From NCBI GenBank assembly GCA_964187785.1, contig OZ076413.1, positions 49,664,001 to 49,728,000 of the forward strand: a DNA stretch of 64,000 nt. The letters run 5' to 3'. This document shows, in pieces, positions 24,631 through 37,675 of the stretch; position 1 is the stretch's first letter; every line of letters starts with the position of its first letter. The position numbers and the translations under genes are program-made. The notes below the pieces were generated by a model, which worked only from the letters and a program-made list of their open reading frames with translations, ran no database searches and was not told the DNA's origin. This DNA is from Amphiscolops sp. MND2022. Its lineage: Eukaryota.

Positions 24631-25594
24631 CAGGGATTGGAACTCCATAATGGCCATAACCATATATGGCCATAAATATATGGAAATTATTTATGGCTGC
24701 ACTGAGAAAAATGGCCATTATGTATGGTAGCTCGGCCATTATGGCACCATATTTTTCTTTTCTCGGGAACTTCATTTCGTATGTTTCTTTCAGATAGGGT
24801 CATGGATCTGCAAAACAAATCTGTTGTAGACTTCTTCTTTACTCCTCTCGGTGATGACATGTTCAAATGCACCTGCAATAAGAGGGTGAAACAACCAGGC
24901 AAGAAAGGATATACAAATTTGATGAGTCACTTGAAAAATGTTCACAAAGACTCCTGGGAAGATGAGTACAGGAAGTCGAAAACCAAAGAGCAAGCAGTAT
25001 TGCCGTACCCTAAAGTGAACAAGAAGGCGGAAAATATTTTCCGTTGGTTAGAATGGGTGATTTTGGAGAATCGCGAGTACAGTTTTGTCGACAAACCATT
25101 GGTTCGAAAGAACACTAAATTGGAGCCGATATGCCAGAAGACTCTGCAAAAATTCCAATGCTGACGTTGAAACGGGCCACAAGTCGTTCGCCGAGTCCGT
25201 ACTCCTCTCTCCAGAACCGGTCCCTGCTTTAAAAACGATGATGAAGCTGCATTGGGTTCCTCCAACTTCCAATATTGTAGAACGTCTGTTCAGTAAGGCT
25301 AAAAACATCCGAACACCCCTGCGAAACAGGATCCTTCCAGTGAATTTCGAGGAGAATCTGTACCTGGCTGTGAATAAAAACTACTGGGACGTCGAAACTC
25401 TCTTGCTTGTCGTGAACAGTGATTGAAGTTTTCGGAAATGTTTGATTCAATTCATCATTTGTCTCTTGTTTTTTGACACCATATATATGGCCATTATGGC
25501 CATTATTTATGGCTTCCTTCAAAAATATGGAGATATTTATGGGGGGTCTTTTTCAGGTACCATTTATATGGCCATACCATAATTCCAATCCCTG
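24631..25594 (+). mobile_element. Internally deleted hAT DNA transposon (964 bp)
   Basis: Perfect 12-bp TIR CAGGGATTGGAA; 8-bp TSD CTTCTCGT (24623-24630, 25595-25602); ATGGCCAT subterminal repeats. Confidence 0.95.
24802..25426 (+). pseudogene. hAT transposase N-terminus (BED finger) joined out of frame to the C-terminal dimerisation domain; catalytic core deleted
   Basis: FKCTCNKRVKQPGKKGYTNLMSHLKNVH and WVPPTSNIVERLFSKAKNIRTPLRNRILPVNFE. Confidence 0.88.
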
Positions 25595-26376
25595 CTTCTC
25601 GTAGTTGCTTACGCAAATTGATTTGATTTTCTATGGAATTGTACAGTGAACTGATAGCAATGTTCTTGATCATCCCAACCCTGAAAAGTCCTGCGGATCA
25701 AAACACTTCTATAAAATTCAGTTTTCATTAGAAGGCACATCAAAGGGACATCGATACTTCATCCAAAATGAAGCAATATATCAAGACATATAAGCCGGTG
25801 TACATTCCCTAAAATACTTTGCTTGCAGTGGAAGCTTGACGGTCAGTCCAATGTGCTTTGTCAGGAATACGAAACTACTGCACATTTTCTATTCGATTGC
25901 CTGAATTGGGTGACAAGAAAGCTGTCCACAGGAAACTTTAACTTGTATAACAAAAATAACTACTGAACTAATGGAACTATTAAAAAGTAGTGGATTGTTT
26001 TGAAAACCTGAGCCCATTTTGTTTTACAAAATGTGAAATTCAGTCAAACTCGGATTGAAGAAACTCACAGCGGTAAGCAAAGAGTTTCTTTTATCCATAG
26101 TTTCTTTTATCAGTTGTCATATCGAGGTAAAAAGTTTGTCTTGCATAAGAGCGGAGATTGGTTACAGACCAATCGAAGAGTGTCCCGACTGTCTCGGTGA
26201 TTTGTGAACCAGTACTTGTGTGTCCAGGCGTTCCAGTCAGCCAGAGCAAATAACGACTCTCAAACTAATTATAAGTTTATCACAATTTGGCTAGTATTGC
26301 ATTAGGGAATTTTGACCACAGGTGCGCTATGACAATTATTTGCTGTGTGTGACTAATTTTTCCTTGAAGATTTGAA

Positions 26377-29300
26377 ATGGCAACTGAAGAAATAATTGAT
26401 TCCTTGAAAGCTGAATCAACCACTGATGTCTCCGATAATGCTGTGAACGGCGAATTGCATGATATTTCGAAAAAAAGTCAGTATGTGTTTCTATTTGTCT
26501 AAATCTTCGTCTGTTTTTAGTCGGCGCTTTTGTATAATAAACGAGCCCAACTATTAGTCATTCGTTTTTTTTGTTTTTCTGTCAGACAAACTCGAATGCG
26601 ACGAAATTTTTGTTCAGTTTGTTCATCTAAACGAGTACCTGGGAACTGAGATAGGCATCTAAGTTATTGCAAAGGGTTCCAAATGGTTCCCCATCATTTT
26701 TTGATATTTTGCAACCAGGGATGTTCAATCAATGATTGAAAAAAAACGATCATTGCAATAATTGGCTAACAATTATTGATTGCTAATTATTCCCCCTCCC
26801 GAATTGCAACATAATGGATGTTAAAAAATCCCAAAGAGTACCCCTTTTAAATGCGTCGGCACTATGAGACTGTTCATTAATATCATTTTTGTCTGATATT
26901 AGGTTTTGTCAATACATATCCCATATTTTTTTTTCAAAACTATACGAATTTTTGACATAATATGCGAAATAAAGCCTTATATCTGAATTTTTGACCTTAT
27001 GCTCGAAATATACTGCGTTTTCTAAGGAGGAGGTGGAGGTTCTCAAAAACAAGCTCTCCCATTTGTTAAGGCACGCTGTATCCTACTTCTAAAGCGTTTT
27101 CCGAGCACGAAAGGCACCTTTTAGGTGTTTCGGAATTTTTGTGTGAGTTTTTCATATTTCTAAAACGTTTTGAGAGTTCGGTCAAGTGCCGACTTGAGAC
27201 CGTCTTGTTATAATTCAATTTTATCTTTAGCAAATGGTCCTGATACTCATGTGAATGGTTTCGCTGACGGTGATAGTCATAAAGAAGAACCTCCCGAAAA
27301 TATGGACGAAGAAGACAAATCAAGGGCAACAGACGAAAAGTCGCCTCCAGAGGTATCAGTTGATGAAACAGAGGAAAATGTGAAACTCGATTCAACTGGA
27401 GTTGAGAATGACGCTGAAAAATCAGATGAAGCGGCCGAGACTGAAGAAGATATCAAAGAAGAAGCCAATGAAACACAAGATGAAGAAAATGAGGAGAAAG
27501 AAATTGAAAAGCCAGGCGAAAATGAAACCGGTAATGACGAGTCAGAAATTAAAGATGGGCTCAATGAAAAAGCTGAAGCTGAGAAAAGTGAAGGTGCGGA
27601 AGAAAATCCTGAAAACAATTCTGAAGAACAGTCGGAAGAGAAAAAAGAAGCTCCAAAAAAGAAGAGAGCTAGCAAAACACCCGCTAAGCGTAAGTAAAAA
27701 CTTTCTTGTGTATTGTGATATAAGATCTAGTACATAATTTGATAGTTTAATTCGAATGTTAAAAACATGAAAGTTTTAGAAAATTTCCGAAAAAAAGGTT
27801 TTGCAATCGGTAACTAACTTCTGGTTGAGTGAACCTTTGAAAGCAGGCTGCTGTGCTACTTCTGGAAATTTTAAACTCTGACCAGATCAAGTTTTATTGG
27901 GAAAAACTCTTGGCTTCAACCGAAACCACTATCTATTTTCGTATAGATTTTTGTAAATTATGAAAAAATTGATTTAGCCGTATTTATTCATTTCTCTAAA
28001 TAAAATCGCAATTGATGATTACAAAAAGTTATATCAATTGATTATCAAATCCCAATTATTAATTATTGCCATGGTCTGATAACGTTGGCTCAATGTTAGT
28101 TGAATTAATGCCTTTTAACCGAAGTATTTGGTGGGAAAACTTTGCTCAAAGCTCATAGTTGAACTTTTTGCTGAAAAAAAATCAACAAATTGCAATTCTC
28201 TGAAATGATATCGGAAGGAAAAGGCCACGCACGGCATCTTGTTTTTTTTGGAGCGAAGGTTTTTTATGGGATATTTTGTCCCATCTACACCAAGCGGACA
28301 CGATGCGGTACCAAATAAGAATGTTATTAGCAGTTTTCCGTTGTTGACGAATCTTCTGTTAGACTAGTCTACTTGATTGTTGATTAACAAAACTGCTTAA
28401 GACTTTGCCAATATTCTTCGCGCTTGTTTTTAAAGAGAAAATAGGGTATTTTGCAGCGCATATAACACCTTGAAGCGAGTTTTTCGACCCTTAAATTTTG
28501 AAAATAGTTATAGCCGAATAACGCTATATGCACAATTCACTCATAAAAGAGATCAGTGGCACAATCTGTGTATAACCGGTGATTCTTTAATTGTTTTACA
28601 TTGTATCATATTTGTTTCGTTTTAGCTGCTGAAGAAGAAAAACCAAAACCACCTGCAATTACACGTTCTGGTCGTGTTTCCAAAAAAGTGGCCAATTTCG
28701 AAATTCCTTTAGTTCCCGCCGATAAACGTGCCACTGAGAAGGTTGAGTACAAGTTTGATGGACCCGGGGTTGCCCTTGGCCAAATACCTTGTGCCAGTTA
28801 CTGGATTGGCAAAACTGATTCCGAAGACTTGAAAACTTTGTTCAAAGTTTGCTTCAATCGGGCTGGCAAAAACAGTGAAGTCAAGCAACAGTTGAGAAAA
28901 TACAATGGCTTCAATTATCCCGAAGACTCCAAAGAATATCAATCGCGAGTTAATTTTGTGGAAAGGTTTGTTTTTTGGTATCTTTTCTGTGGTTGGTTGC
29001 TTTAGAAATATAATGCGTGAAGTTGGGTATTTCAGAGTAAACTTGTGTTTTTAGGTTGTACAAACAGGCAGTCTACGATTTTTTGAAATGGCTCGGAATC
29101 CCTTACGTCAAGACACAAGAGTCTTTGGAAGAACTAAAGATGCGATTAATAGATTTCCTGAAGAGTCCCAAAGACAACGGACTACCTGGCAAGCCTAAAG
29201 CCACCCCCAAGAAGCGACCTTCTAGCTCCAAGGGTGAGGGCAGTGCCAAGAAAAAGAAGAGCAAGAAGTCTGGCGAGGCCACTGGCAATGATTCTGCCGA

Positions 29301-31672
29301 CTCAGTCGTGTCGGATGTGGATCTGTCCTCCGACTCCAGTGATGAAGAAGGCGATGGTGACAAAAAGGAAAAGAGCACTCCTCCTACAAAGGGAACACCG
29401 TCAACGCCCTCTGCCAGTGGGAAGAAAAGGAAAGCAGATGACTCAGGTGAACCCTCCACCCCCAAACCTAAGAAGCAGAAATCAGACTCAGCCAAGGTTT
29501 GTATGTTAGTCTAGAAAATCCTTGAATTTTTGAAGTTTTGACCGTTATTCCTGGTTAGTGATCCTCGCCCTGATTGTTTCTCACGGATTTGAATCTTGTT
29601 CAACGACTTGTGAAATCCTCTATCGAATTTGAAAGATACATTTGAATGGAAATGGATTCGAATTTCCATTACACTGAAAGTCAAACTGCTGAAAGTGATT
29701 ATCGAATCTAATTACTCCTCAATTTCACTTTGAATGTTCTCACCAGGGAGGGAGTTAGCTTCAGTCAGCTAGGAATAAAAAGCCCTTGCTGGCTTCAACA
29801 AAGCGGGCGGTTGCAAATGTTCAGTGCTGAATATGATATTATTTAAAGGTTACTCTCTTCAGAAGACCAAAACTATCACAATTTATATTTGATGGGAACT
29901 TTCGTTTTTAGAAAGCTGCCGAGAAAAGCCCAGTGAAGAAGAGTGAACCTAAGAAGAAAGGTCCCAAGCCCAAAGGTATTTATGCTTCCTGATCTCCATT
30001 GTAGCATGTAAATTAGTTGATTGTCAACTGCATTTTTTGCGGACCATTGAAACTGAAACTATGGGAATCAGTTCCTAAACCTTTATGGCGGCATTATAGC
30101 AAAATATGACCTGTTCAAGGTAGAAAGTTGAGATGAATTAAGTAACTACCATTAAGTTGGGTTAGTGGTAGGAGTTAGGGCTGTGCAATTAACCGACCGA
30201 ACTCGATTAACCGACCGAAGTTGCCAATAACCGAAACCGACCGACTTATTATATAACCGACTTCGGTTAATTTGTTCAACCATTTATGTTAAAACTGGTT
30301 TACTGGAAAGAAAAAAGAAGTATTTCCTTTTTCGAGTGTAAAGGCCCAGTTTTTACTTGGAATACCAGCTACAGCAGTTCTTAGTGAACGACATTTGTAG
30401 TATCTCTTGAGAATACGTATAAAAGAGTATGTTGTTTAAAATTCAACTATTCTGTAGCTCGTATCTTTTTCATTATCATCGAGTGATAAACTTCATCTGC
30501 ACTTATGTGGTCAAGGGTGTTAAATATTGTATTGCAATATTATTTTTGTTCTAAAATAAATAATTGCTATTGCTCAGGAAAAACAATCAATAATTTATCA
30601 AAACATACAATTATTGTTGTTGCTGAACAATTATTTCAAAAACAAAGCAAACAGAAACACAAAACGCGAAGCTGCTGCTTCGCTGCATGCTGTGCTGTTA
30701 TTGGTTCGTATGCGTTCGCTTCAATTCAATTTGCACAAGTCATCGGTTCCTGGATTAACGCTCCCATTAACACGCGTCTCAATGCTGTTCTTCTTTAGTA
30801 CAATTAATTATTTTCATCCAAAAATAAATAGTTGTAATTGCTACCTCCTAATAATAAATAATTTTATTTATTTTATTGCCAATTATTTTCCAAACAATCA
30901 TTTTTTTAACACCCTTGTATGTGGTAGGGAGGTACATAGCTATAAATCACATTAATCTCAATAGTAGACAATAACAATAAGGCAGACTAATTAGTTTCTA
31001 GTTTGACTTTGTTCACATTTGTTTTTAAATAACCGACCGAACTCGAAAAAATGATAATTGCACAGCCCTAGTAGGGGTGTAACGGACATCAAATCCGGTT
31101 GGAATTCAGAAAAATGTCCGGTCCGGTATTCGGTCGGACTTTTGACGGAATCCGGTCCGACAAATTTCTTAGCAAATGATTAGCATTTGCCGACAATTAT
31201 CTTAGCATTTCTACAGATGAAAACTTCTTAAACGGCCAAATTTTGATGAAGAAAAATAAATTTTCCTTCTATTTTGGATCAAACGTTTACTCTTTGCGTT
31301 TGTCATAATCATTGCCCAATTTTGAAAACGCTCTTTCATCGCCTAAAGTTGACGATAATGTCCGGTCGGTATCCGGCTTCAATCACTCCTGTCTGATTGT
31401 CCGGCCGGCGGAAATTTTCCTATCCGGTGCACCTCTAAATACCGTAAGAATGTCAATATTTTGGATGCTTGTGAGGATTGTTTGTTCTAGATTCTGGAGA
31501 ACCATCAAAAAAGGAACTAAAAGAGGTCCTGAAGAATATCGTGGAGAACGCTGACTTGGAATCTTTTACGATGAGACAAGTTCTGAAAACAGTGTCCGAA
31601 AAATATCCCAATGTAGACATGAAAGAAAAAAAAACAGAAATCAAGAAAATGGTCAAGTCTCTCCTTGTTTGA
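26377..31672 (+). CDS. DEK: Chromatin protein DEK; exons 26377-26476, 27231-27689, 28626-28965, 29055-29496, 29912-29975, 31491-31672 (~528 aa)
   Basis: All introns GT-AG with consistent phases (1,1,2,0,1); total 1587 nt. Acidic N-terminus; DEK core (GPGVALGQIP...LFKVCFNRAGK...LRKYNGF); SAP-like region; DEK-C domain (PSKKELKEVLKNIVENADLESFTMRQV...YPNVDM). Confidence 0.92.
26519..27209 (-). mobile_element. Helentron/HINE-like non-autonomous element in DEK intron 1
   Basis: Ends TTTTTAGTCGGCGC and GCCGACTTGAGACCGTCTTGTT match the family at 42857 in reverse. Confidence 0.6.
30176..31070. mobile_element. hAT-type MITE in DEK intron 5
   Basis: TIR TAGGGCTGTGCAATTA / TAATTGCACAGCCCTA; 8-bp TSD GTAGGAGT / GTAGGGGT; AACCGA subterminal repeats. 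Confidence 0.85.
30512..30917. mobile_element. hAT-type MITE nested inside the previous one
   Basis: TIR CAAGGGTGTTAAA / TTTAACACCCTTG; exact TSD TATGTGGT. Confidence 0.92.
31072..31437. mobile_element. Older hAT-like MITE with TCCGG repeats
   Basis: Imperfect TIR TAGGGGTGTAACGGA / TCCGGTGCACCTCTA; no TSD seen. Confidence 0.6.
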
Positions 31673-31928
31673 CTGTTTTGAAGCCCTGTGTATTTCGGGT
31701 CGCTGGTTTTTAACCAATCACAAATCAGAACAACCAAACTATACTTGCGTCATTGAAACTGAACTGCGTCTTTCTATTCAGCACCTCAACCGTGATTCGT
31801 TCTGGCTGTTGAGAGCTTGGCTAATTTTTTGGTTAGCTAGACGAGGTTGCTGTTTACAAACTGTAAGAACAAAACTTAAAAACTTTGTTGTCACCCTAAA
31901 TGGAAAACAGAAGCGCTAGTTAGTGAGC

Positions 31929-31934
31929 AATAAA
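31929..31934 (+). terminator. Candidate DEK polyadenylation signal
   Basis: AATAAA ~260 nt after the stop, followed by T-rich sequence. Confidence 0.4.
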
Positions 31935-34900
31935 ACTAATTATTAGTATTCTATTTTATTGTTATTACTATTTGTGTAATGTACTTCTACAAACTTAGAT
32001 GCAATACACTGGGAGCCGAAATGCTTGTTCTTTATCAGCAGGTATACTTTTTTCTTTACTTCATACTAGTGACACGTAATGTTTCATCGTTCCTCATTTT
32101 GTGAGATTTTTCAGCGCCTTTTTGTCCCTTTATTTTTCCTCTTTTCTTTCATCCTTTTGACCTTTGAGTCTTTGACCCCTGCCTTCAGCGACCCCCCATG
32201 TCAGCAACTTCAAACCTCACTTCCCGATTCAAGCTTCAGGTATTTTACCAACCCCTCCTCCCCTTCCCATCCCCTCTTGGACCCCCAGAAGAAACCCAAA
32301 TTAACATCACTACTTCTACTACTTGGGTCCACTCCTGGCCAGCGCTTTGTCGTGTCATAATTACAACAATTGCAAACAACACAATCTGTTTCTCTATATT
32401 GTTTGTGTTCCTGGTTTCGCGTAGTTTAAAACTATTTTTACTCTTACCATTGTCATTATTCTCAATATTTCATTGACTTATTCAGCCTACTACTCTCATT
32501 TTCTCCGATCAACCGTGTTCGTTAAATTAGCTGATAAATTGCTGCGAGAAAGTGCTCAAGAACTTTTATTGGTTGCAAAACACATCATGATTGTTATAAA
32601 AAACCTGCATAACTTTTAATGAAAGGAGATGTTGATCGAGGAGACATGAATGATGAAAATATCGAACAAAAACTGGTGTGTTATTGTTACATAATTGCGT
32701 AATATTATTGTTGATCGGCTAAATTCAACTGATATCACCTGATGATAGTGGTAGGTTTTATAGCCGAACGAGCTTTAAGAAAGAATTTAAAGCCGAAAAA
32801 TAAATTACACGGAAGTTGTTACTTGCTGTTGGTAACTGTAACGTAGCCGGAGTAAATTATATAGCTAATTGAGCTAGACACTCATTTCGTCGTCCAATCA
32901 GATTTGAGATCGGTTTTATTTTCGTTCTTCTTAAAGCTCATTCAGTTATACGAACGGCTACCCCTGATGATAGGGTTGCGTCACTTACAAAATTGTTTCC
33001 CATTCATCTCGGCCGACTTCGTTTTCTTTGCTTTGTTCTGCGCCCATAGTGATATGAAGTCAGTTTTTTTTCACTATCGATCCTCATCAATTCCCACCCG
33101 AAATATCAGTCTTACAATTCCCCACAATCTCTTTGCGAGAAACAAACTGCGATTAACCATCTGTCCTTCTCTGCTAAAAATTTTAGGAAGAAAATCTTCG
33201 TTGAAATTTCCACACTAAAACATCTTGTTGAGTTCCTAAGCATGTAATAAAAAACTTTAACACATAATTTTCATGAACATATCTGGTATTTATAGTATCA
33301 GAATGATGGTCTACGTTTAATCGCAGTGCTGAAAGGTTGGTTTCTTCGTCACTTGAATCTGTTGACCCTATGTTATGTGAAGTTGTCTAGGGTTGATCTA
33401 TGGTATCCAATGAAAGTGACAGGTTCTGCCTGCTGTCTGTGATAAATGTTGATGTGTGCGGTAATCTCTTGAAGCCAAAGCAATTTGCCGTTGTTTTGAA
33501 TTTGTTGGCAAGGTTCAGGCCAAAACGTGTGTTCGCTTCGCCGTATTCATTCACTCATTGATCGTTTTTAGCCAATGAAAACCAAGTATTTCATTCTAGG
33601 AGTATAACAGTTTATAGGCGAGTATTGAAGTGAACATTGTTTTTAGTTGTGTTTAATGCCCGTTTGATTTTGTTTTACTGTATTCTTAATTTATTTTTGT
33701 ACCGATTTTTCATTTTCCAATTCTTGCATTGAACTCAGCTGAGGGTTTCCGGTTTGGGGTGTCAGACACCGGACCATAAATAGGCATTTGAGGACACCAA
33801 TGACAAGCTGGGATAATTGTTGGAGATGGCTTTTCTAATAACTACTCCGTAGTTGTGCAAATATATTAGTTAGCCTGAATTTTTGGAGTTCGACTGCGAG
33901 TTGTTAAAAAACCATTGGAGAAAGTTAATATTGCATAGAAAAAAGCAACGTACCAACACTTTTAGATCTTGAATAAACAAAACGATGGAAGGCAAAAAGT
34001 ATCAGTGGTATGGTTTTTAGCCGAACAGGATTGAAGAGAATATAGCAGAAAAGAATTGCATTCTCATTTGAATTGTCGAAATCACTTAAAAAACTTGAAT
34101 TTCGTAACTATTGTTAATATTCCTGCGCAAGTAAATGCCCTTTGGGCTCGACAAACGTGTTTTTCTTGAAAACATGGAAAACTCTCGCATAGTTTCGAGG
34201 ATACGGTTAAACCAATATACTCAAAGGAGTACCCACAGGCATCTTCGAGTACCCTTTAGAACTTACGAGTAAAAAGACCATTCAATATGAGGTCTGTGAC
34301 TGACAAAAAACTTTTTTGCGCCGACTATAAACAACTCAAATCACGCAAAAATCACGCTTTTTTCTTGTGACACCCAACTTACACAAAAGTCCTGAAAATT
34401 TTTCCAGGGTTTCATCAAACTGCAACGATTTTTTGAAAACTTTATCTAAGTTTCACTCTCCCAAGGATTACGTCTTTCTTCTAAACTGAACGGCCAAAGC
34501 AGCTACGTCCCCTCCTTGTGTTTTTGGCACTATGCAACTTACCGGAGACATTTGTTGAAAAAAATTAAGAATATTTTTTGCAATTTTTTGAGAGGTTTTC
34601 GGTTGAGCAAGATGGGTTTTTTGCTGTTTCCAGTTGGGCAAAATGTGATTTTCAAGTCGTACGCGTATCCCTTCGGGTATCTTTTGGCACTGTAAAATTG
34701 ATGAAATTTAAAGAATAGTATCCTTTTGCATATTTAAAAAACATTTAATTTTCGAACCCTAGCAGGGCGCAGACTTGGGCCGAACAACGCTTGTTTTAAA
34801 TTTATCAATTAGGAGGAAATCGTCCGACTCCATAACCCTTGGTTCTCCGTATGATATTACTTACTTGGTTTTCTCTTCAAAAGTTCACAACTTCCTTCGC

Positions 34901-36558
34901 AAGTGTCTCTGGAGCACAACTTCGCCTTTGTTGAAATATTGCACGAAAAAATTCGGAAAAAGCAAACAATCAATAATGAGCTAAGTGCCATAGCTTCGGT
35001 TTTTGTTTGACGCTGTAATTCTGATTTGCCCGTGGGACTTTTGTGTCAGTTGATTATGGGTAAAACGTTGCAATTTATCTTCAGTTTTTTGGTACCCTAG
35101 CGTATCATTTTTACTCGGAATGACTTTTGTCATTAGTTTGAAGTCACAGCTATGAAGTTACCGGGCAAAAACGCTCAGTTGAATGCGTCCATATTATACA
35201 ATCAAAAGTCCCCCATCAAAAACTACTAGTTGTTGGATAATTTTCTTTTCCCAGGACTATATTGAGTTTCGTCAGTCCGGTAGAATAAATATCAGTTTTT
35301 TCTGACACGATTCATTAATATATAGCTTCTTTAGGAGATTCATGTAAAAAAGGTGGAATTAGCAGTTTAAATGAATTTAATTATGAAACATTAGGTGTGA
35401 AAAGCTAATTTGGGAATTGCGACTGAGGTTTTTTTTCGTTCAGCGCTTTTAATTACGTTCGAATCGAGGTGCTTTGCATTGGATGATTCTGACTGGGGCG
35501 CGTGAAAAGGGCGCGCTTCACACTAATATGAGTGTCCCTAGATGACGCAGTACCTGCAACTTTGTTTGCCCATTAGTAAAAATCCTGCATTTTACCATTT
35601 CATCTTGAAATCCATCGTAAAATTAAGTTATTTACCGTGAACTTTCAATGTTTATTGGGAATTTCTTAACCTACCAACATTTCATAATAGTAATGAACCT
35701 TTCGATTGGAATCTTTCGAAGTGAAATTTTTGACAGAAACTCAGACTGAGATCCTCAACATTGTGTCGGCTCCAAAACCAAAAAATGAACAGCTCGAAAT
35801 TACCCGCGGGATTGTTTTGATGAAAGAGTATAAAATGATGCCCAGCTTTGGTCGTTTTTTGGAACGTAATGATACTCAGAATCATTTGAGTGGAGCCTAT
35901 TTTTGCATTTTGCTATTTTTGTCAAAAATGATGGTATAGAAGTGACAATAAATACAAAAGCATTTTGGTCAAACTTTTGACTTAGTTTTCTTAGCAGGGT
36001 TTTTAGGTTGAGGAAATTGTTAGGTTTTGACGAAATTCAAAATCGTTTTTCACAAAATTGTTCTCAAGATTTTTTTTAGCGAAAGTTGACTGAACCAAGT
36101 GGGTCACCTTTACACAATATTGCGTTATTATTTGGTGATTATCAAATGAGACCTGACGTTTGTAGTTTTTTTCGTGATTTTTCTTTGTGCTTTCCAATCC
36201 CGTTGAAATGATTACTTTGTGCCAATGGCCAAAATTCTACAAACTGGTCAGAAGGTCCTTCTTTTCATATTTTGACAAAATAATAAACAATCTAAAGAGA
36301 TGAGATTCCTTTTTGGCACTGTACAATTTGTTTTTGAAAAATTTCTGCACAAAAATTTTTGCTTTGATTTTCTGTGACCTTCAATCAGAACTAAGACATA
36401 CAGCCCAAAAAACTGACATTTTCGTCATTTTGAGATTGAGGTTTTTTGGGAAAAACTTCCTTGACGTCTTGAAATAAGTATTCGTTTTTTGACTTTTACA
36501 CGATGCGACGAGATGCCCTTCTTGGCTTGTTTTCTATCACCTTGGTCGAAAAAAGATC

Positions 36559-37471
36559 AACAAGACGGGGACGTCTAAAGTCGGCGCTATATCTAAGGCT
36601 CAGGACGTTAATTTTCGAAGGACGTTTTCATGAAAAAATCCTGTTTATGAACCTCCGCCTCCTCCTTAGTAAAATGCACTATAGTTCGGATATAACGTCA
36701 AAAATTCGGATATAGCGCTTTACTTCGGATATTACGTCAAATTTCGGATAGTATTGAAAAAAGTTAATTTGTGGGTATGTAATGAGAAAACTTGATTTCG
36801 GACAAAAAAAAGAGAATTTTGAAACAGTCTCATAGTGCCAAAAAGTGTAAAATGGGAGACCCTACGGGCTTTTTGAAACTCCAGTTTGTTGCAAAATATC
36901 AAAAAATTTGAAGGTTGGTCCCTTTGGAGACAAAAATTTCGAAAAAAAACGCACAGTGTCCAAAAAAATCAAAGTGGGACCCTATAGTCTTGTCCGGTTT
37001 TGTATCTTACGTTAAAAGTGGAATAAATACAAGGTGGCCCTTTTCCACTAAATCAGATGCGTTTCCCCTTGTCGGTCCATTAGTTTAGTAGTTCTGTAAA
37101 AAGTGACCACTACGCGTACATTCTGTTATCTGACGAAAAGAGAGAACAAAAACTTACAACTGTAATAGTCGCGTTCATTTTTTTTCTAAAAACAGCTAAA
37201 GATCTATCTCTGTCGCATCCCGAATCGTTTTCGGAAAGTTTTTTTGCGTCGGTCTGATATAAAACTAGTCCCGTTTTGTATGTTACTGTAAAAAATAAAA
37301 TGAAAGCCCCCCTGCACTAACTTAGATGGGCTTCCGCTGGCCGGTCCAATAGTTTAGTGTTATCTGTGGAAAATGTCCACTACACATATATTCTCATTCT
37401 GTCATCTGGCTAAAAAAACTTCCCATCGTAACAGTCACGGTCATTTTCTACTAAAATGCGCAGACTAAAAA
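36559..37471 (+). mobile_element. Helentron/HINE-like element
   Basis: Starts AACAAGACGGGGACGTCTAAAGTCGGCGC; ends ATGCGCAGACTAAAAA. Confidence 0.6.
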
Positions 37472-37675
37472 TGATTACCTTCTGCTGGATTCAAATGCAG
37501 CCGATTCGCGAACTGTTTGTTTATTGAAAATAGTTTTTACTCCGAAGAGTCCACAAGATTCCTTTCTAAGTGAGCTGAATTGAAAACTTGGGATGTGTAA
37601 ATTGAATCAGGTGAAATAACTTTTGGCATTCAAACTTAAAGTGTTATATCTATGCTAAAGAACTCCTGTGAAACT

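Larger units (their letters stand above)
23065..25805 (-). mobile_element. Third remnant of the Mag-type element (5' LTR plus ORF0 start), split by two DNA transposons
   Basis: Joining 23065-23095, 24577-24630 and 25603-25690 reconstructs sequence similar to 21135-21310 (MIKNIAISSLYNSIE). LTR-like CATCAAAGGGACATCGA at ~25738. Confidence 0.8.

Noticed and set aside
27277..29495. Ser/Phe-rich minus-strand ORFs
   Set aside because: Antisense shadows of DEK exons.
32738..32775. Hammerhead-like CTGATGA...GCCGAA
   Set aside because: No GAAA core or convincing stems.
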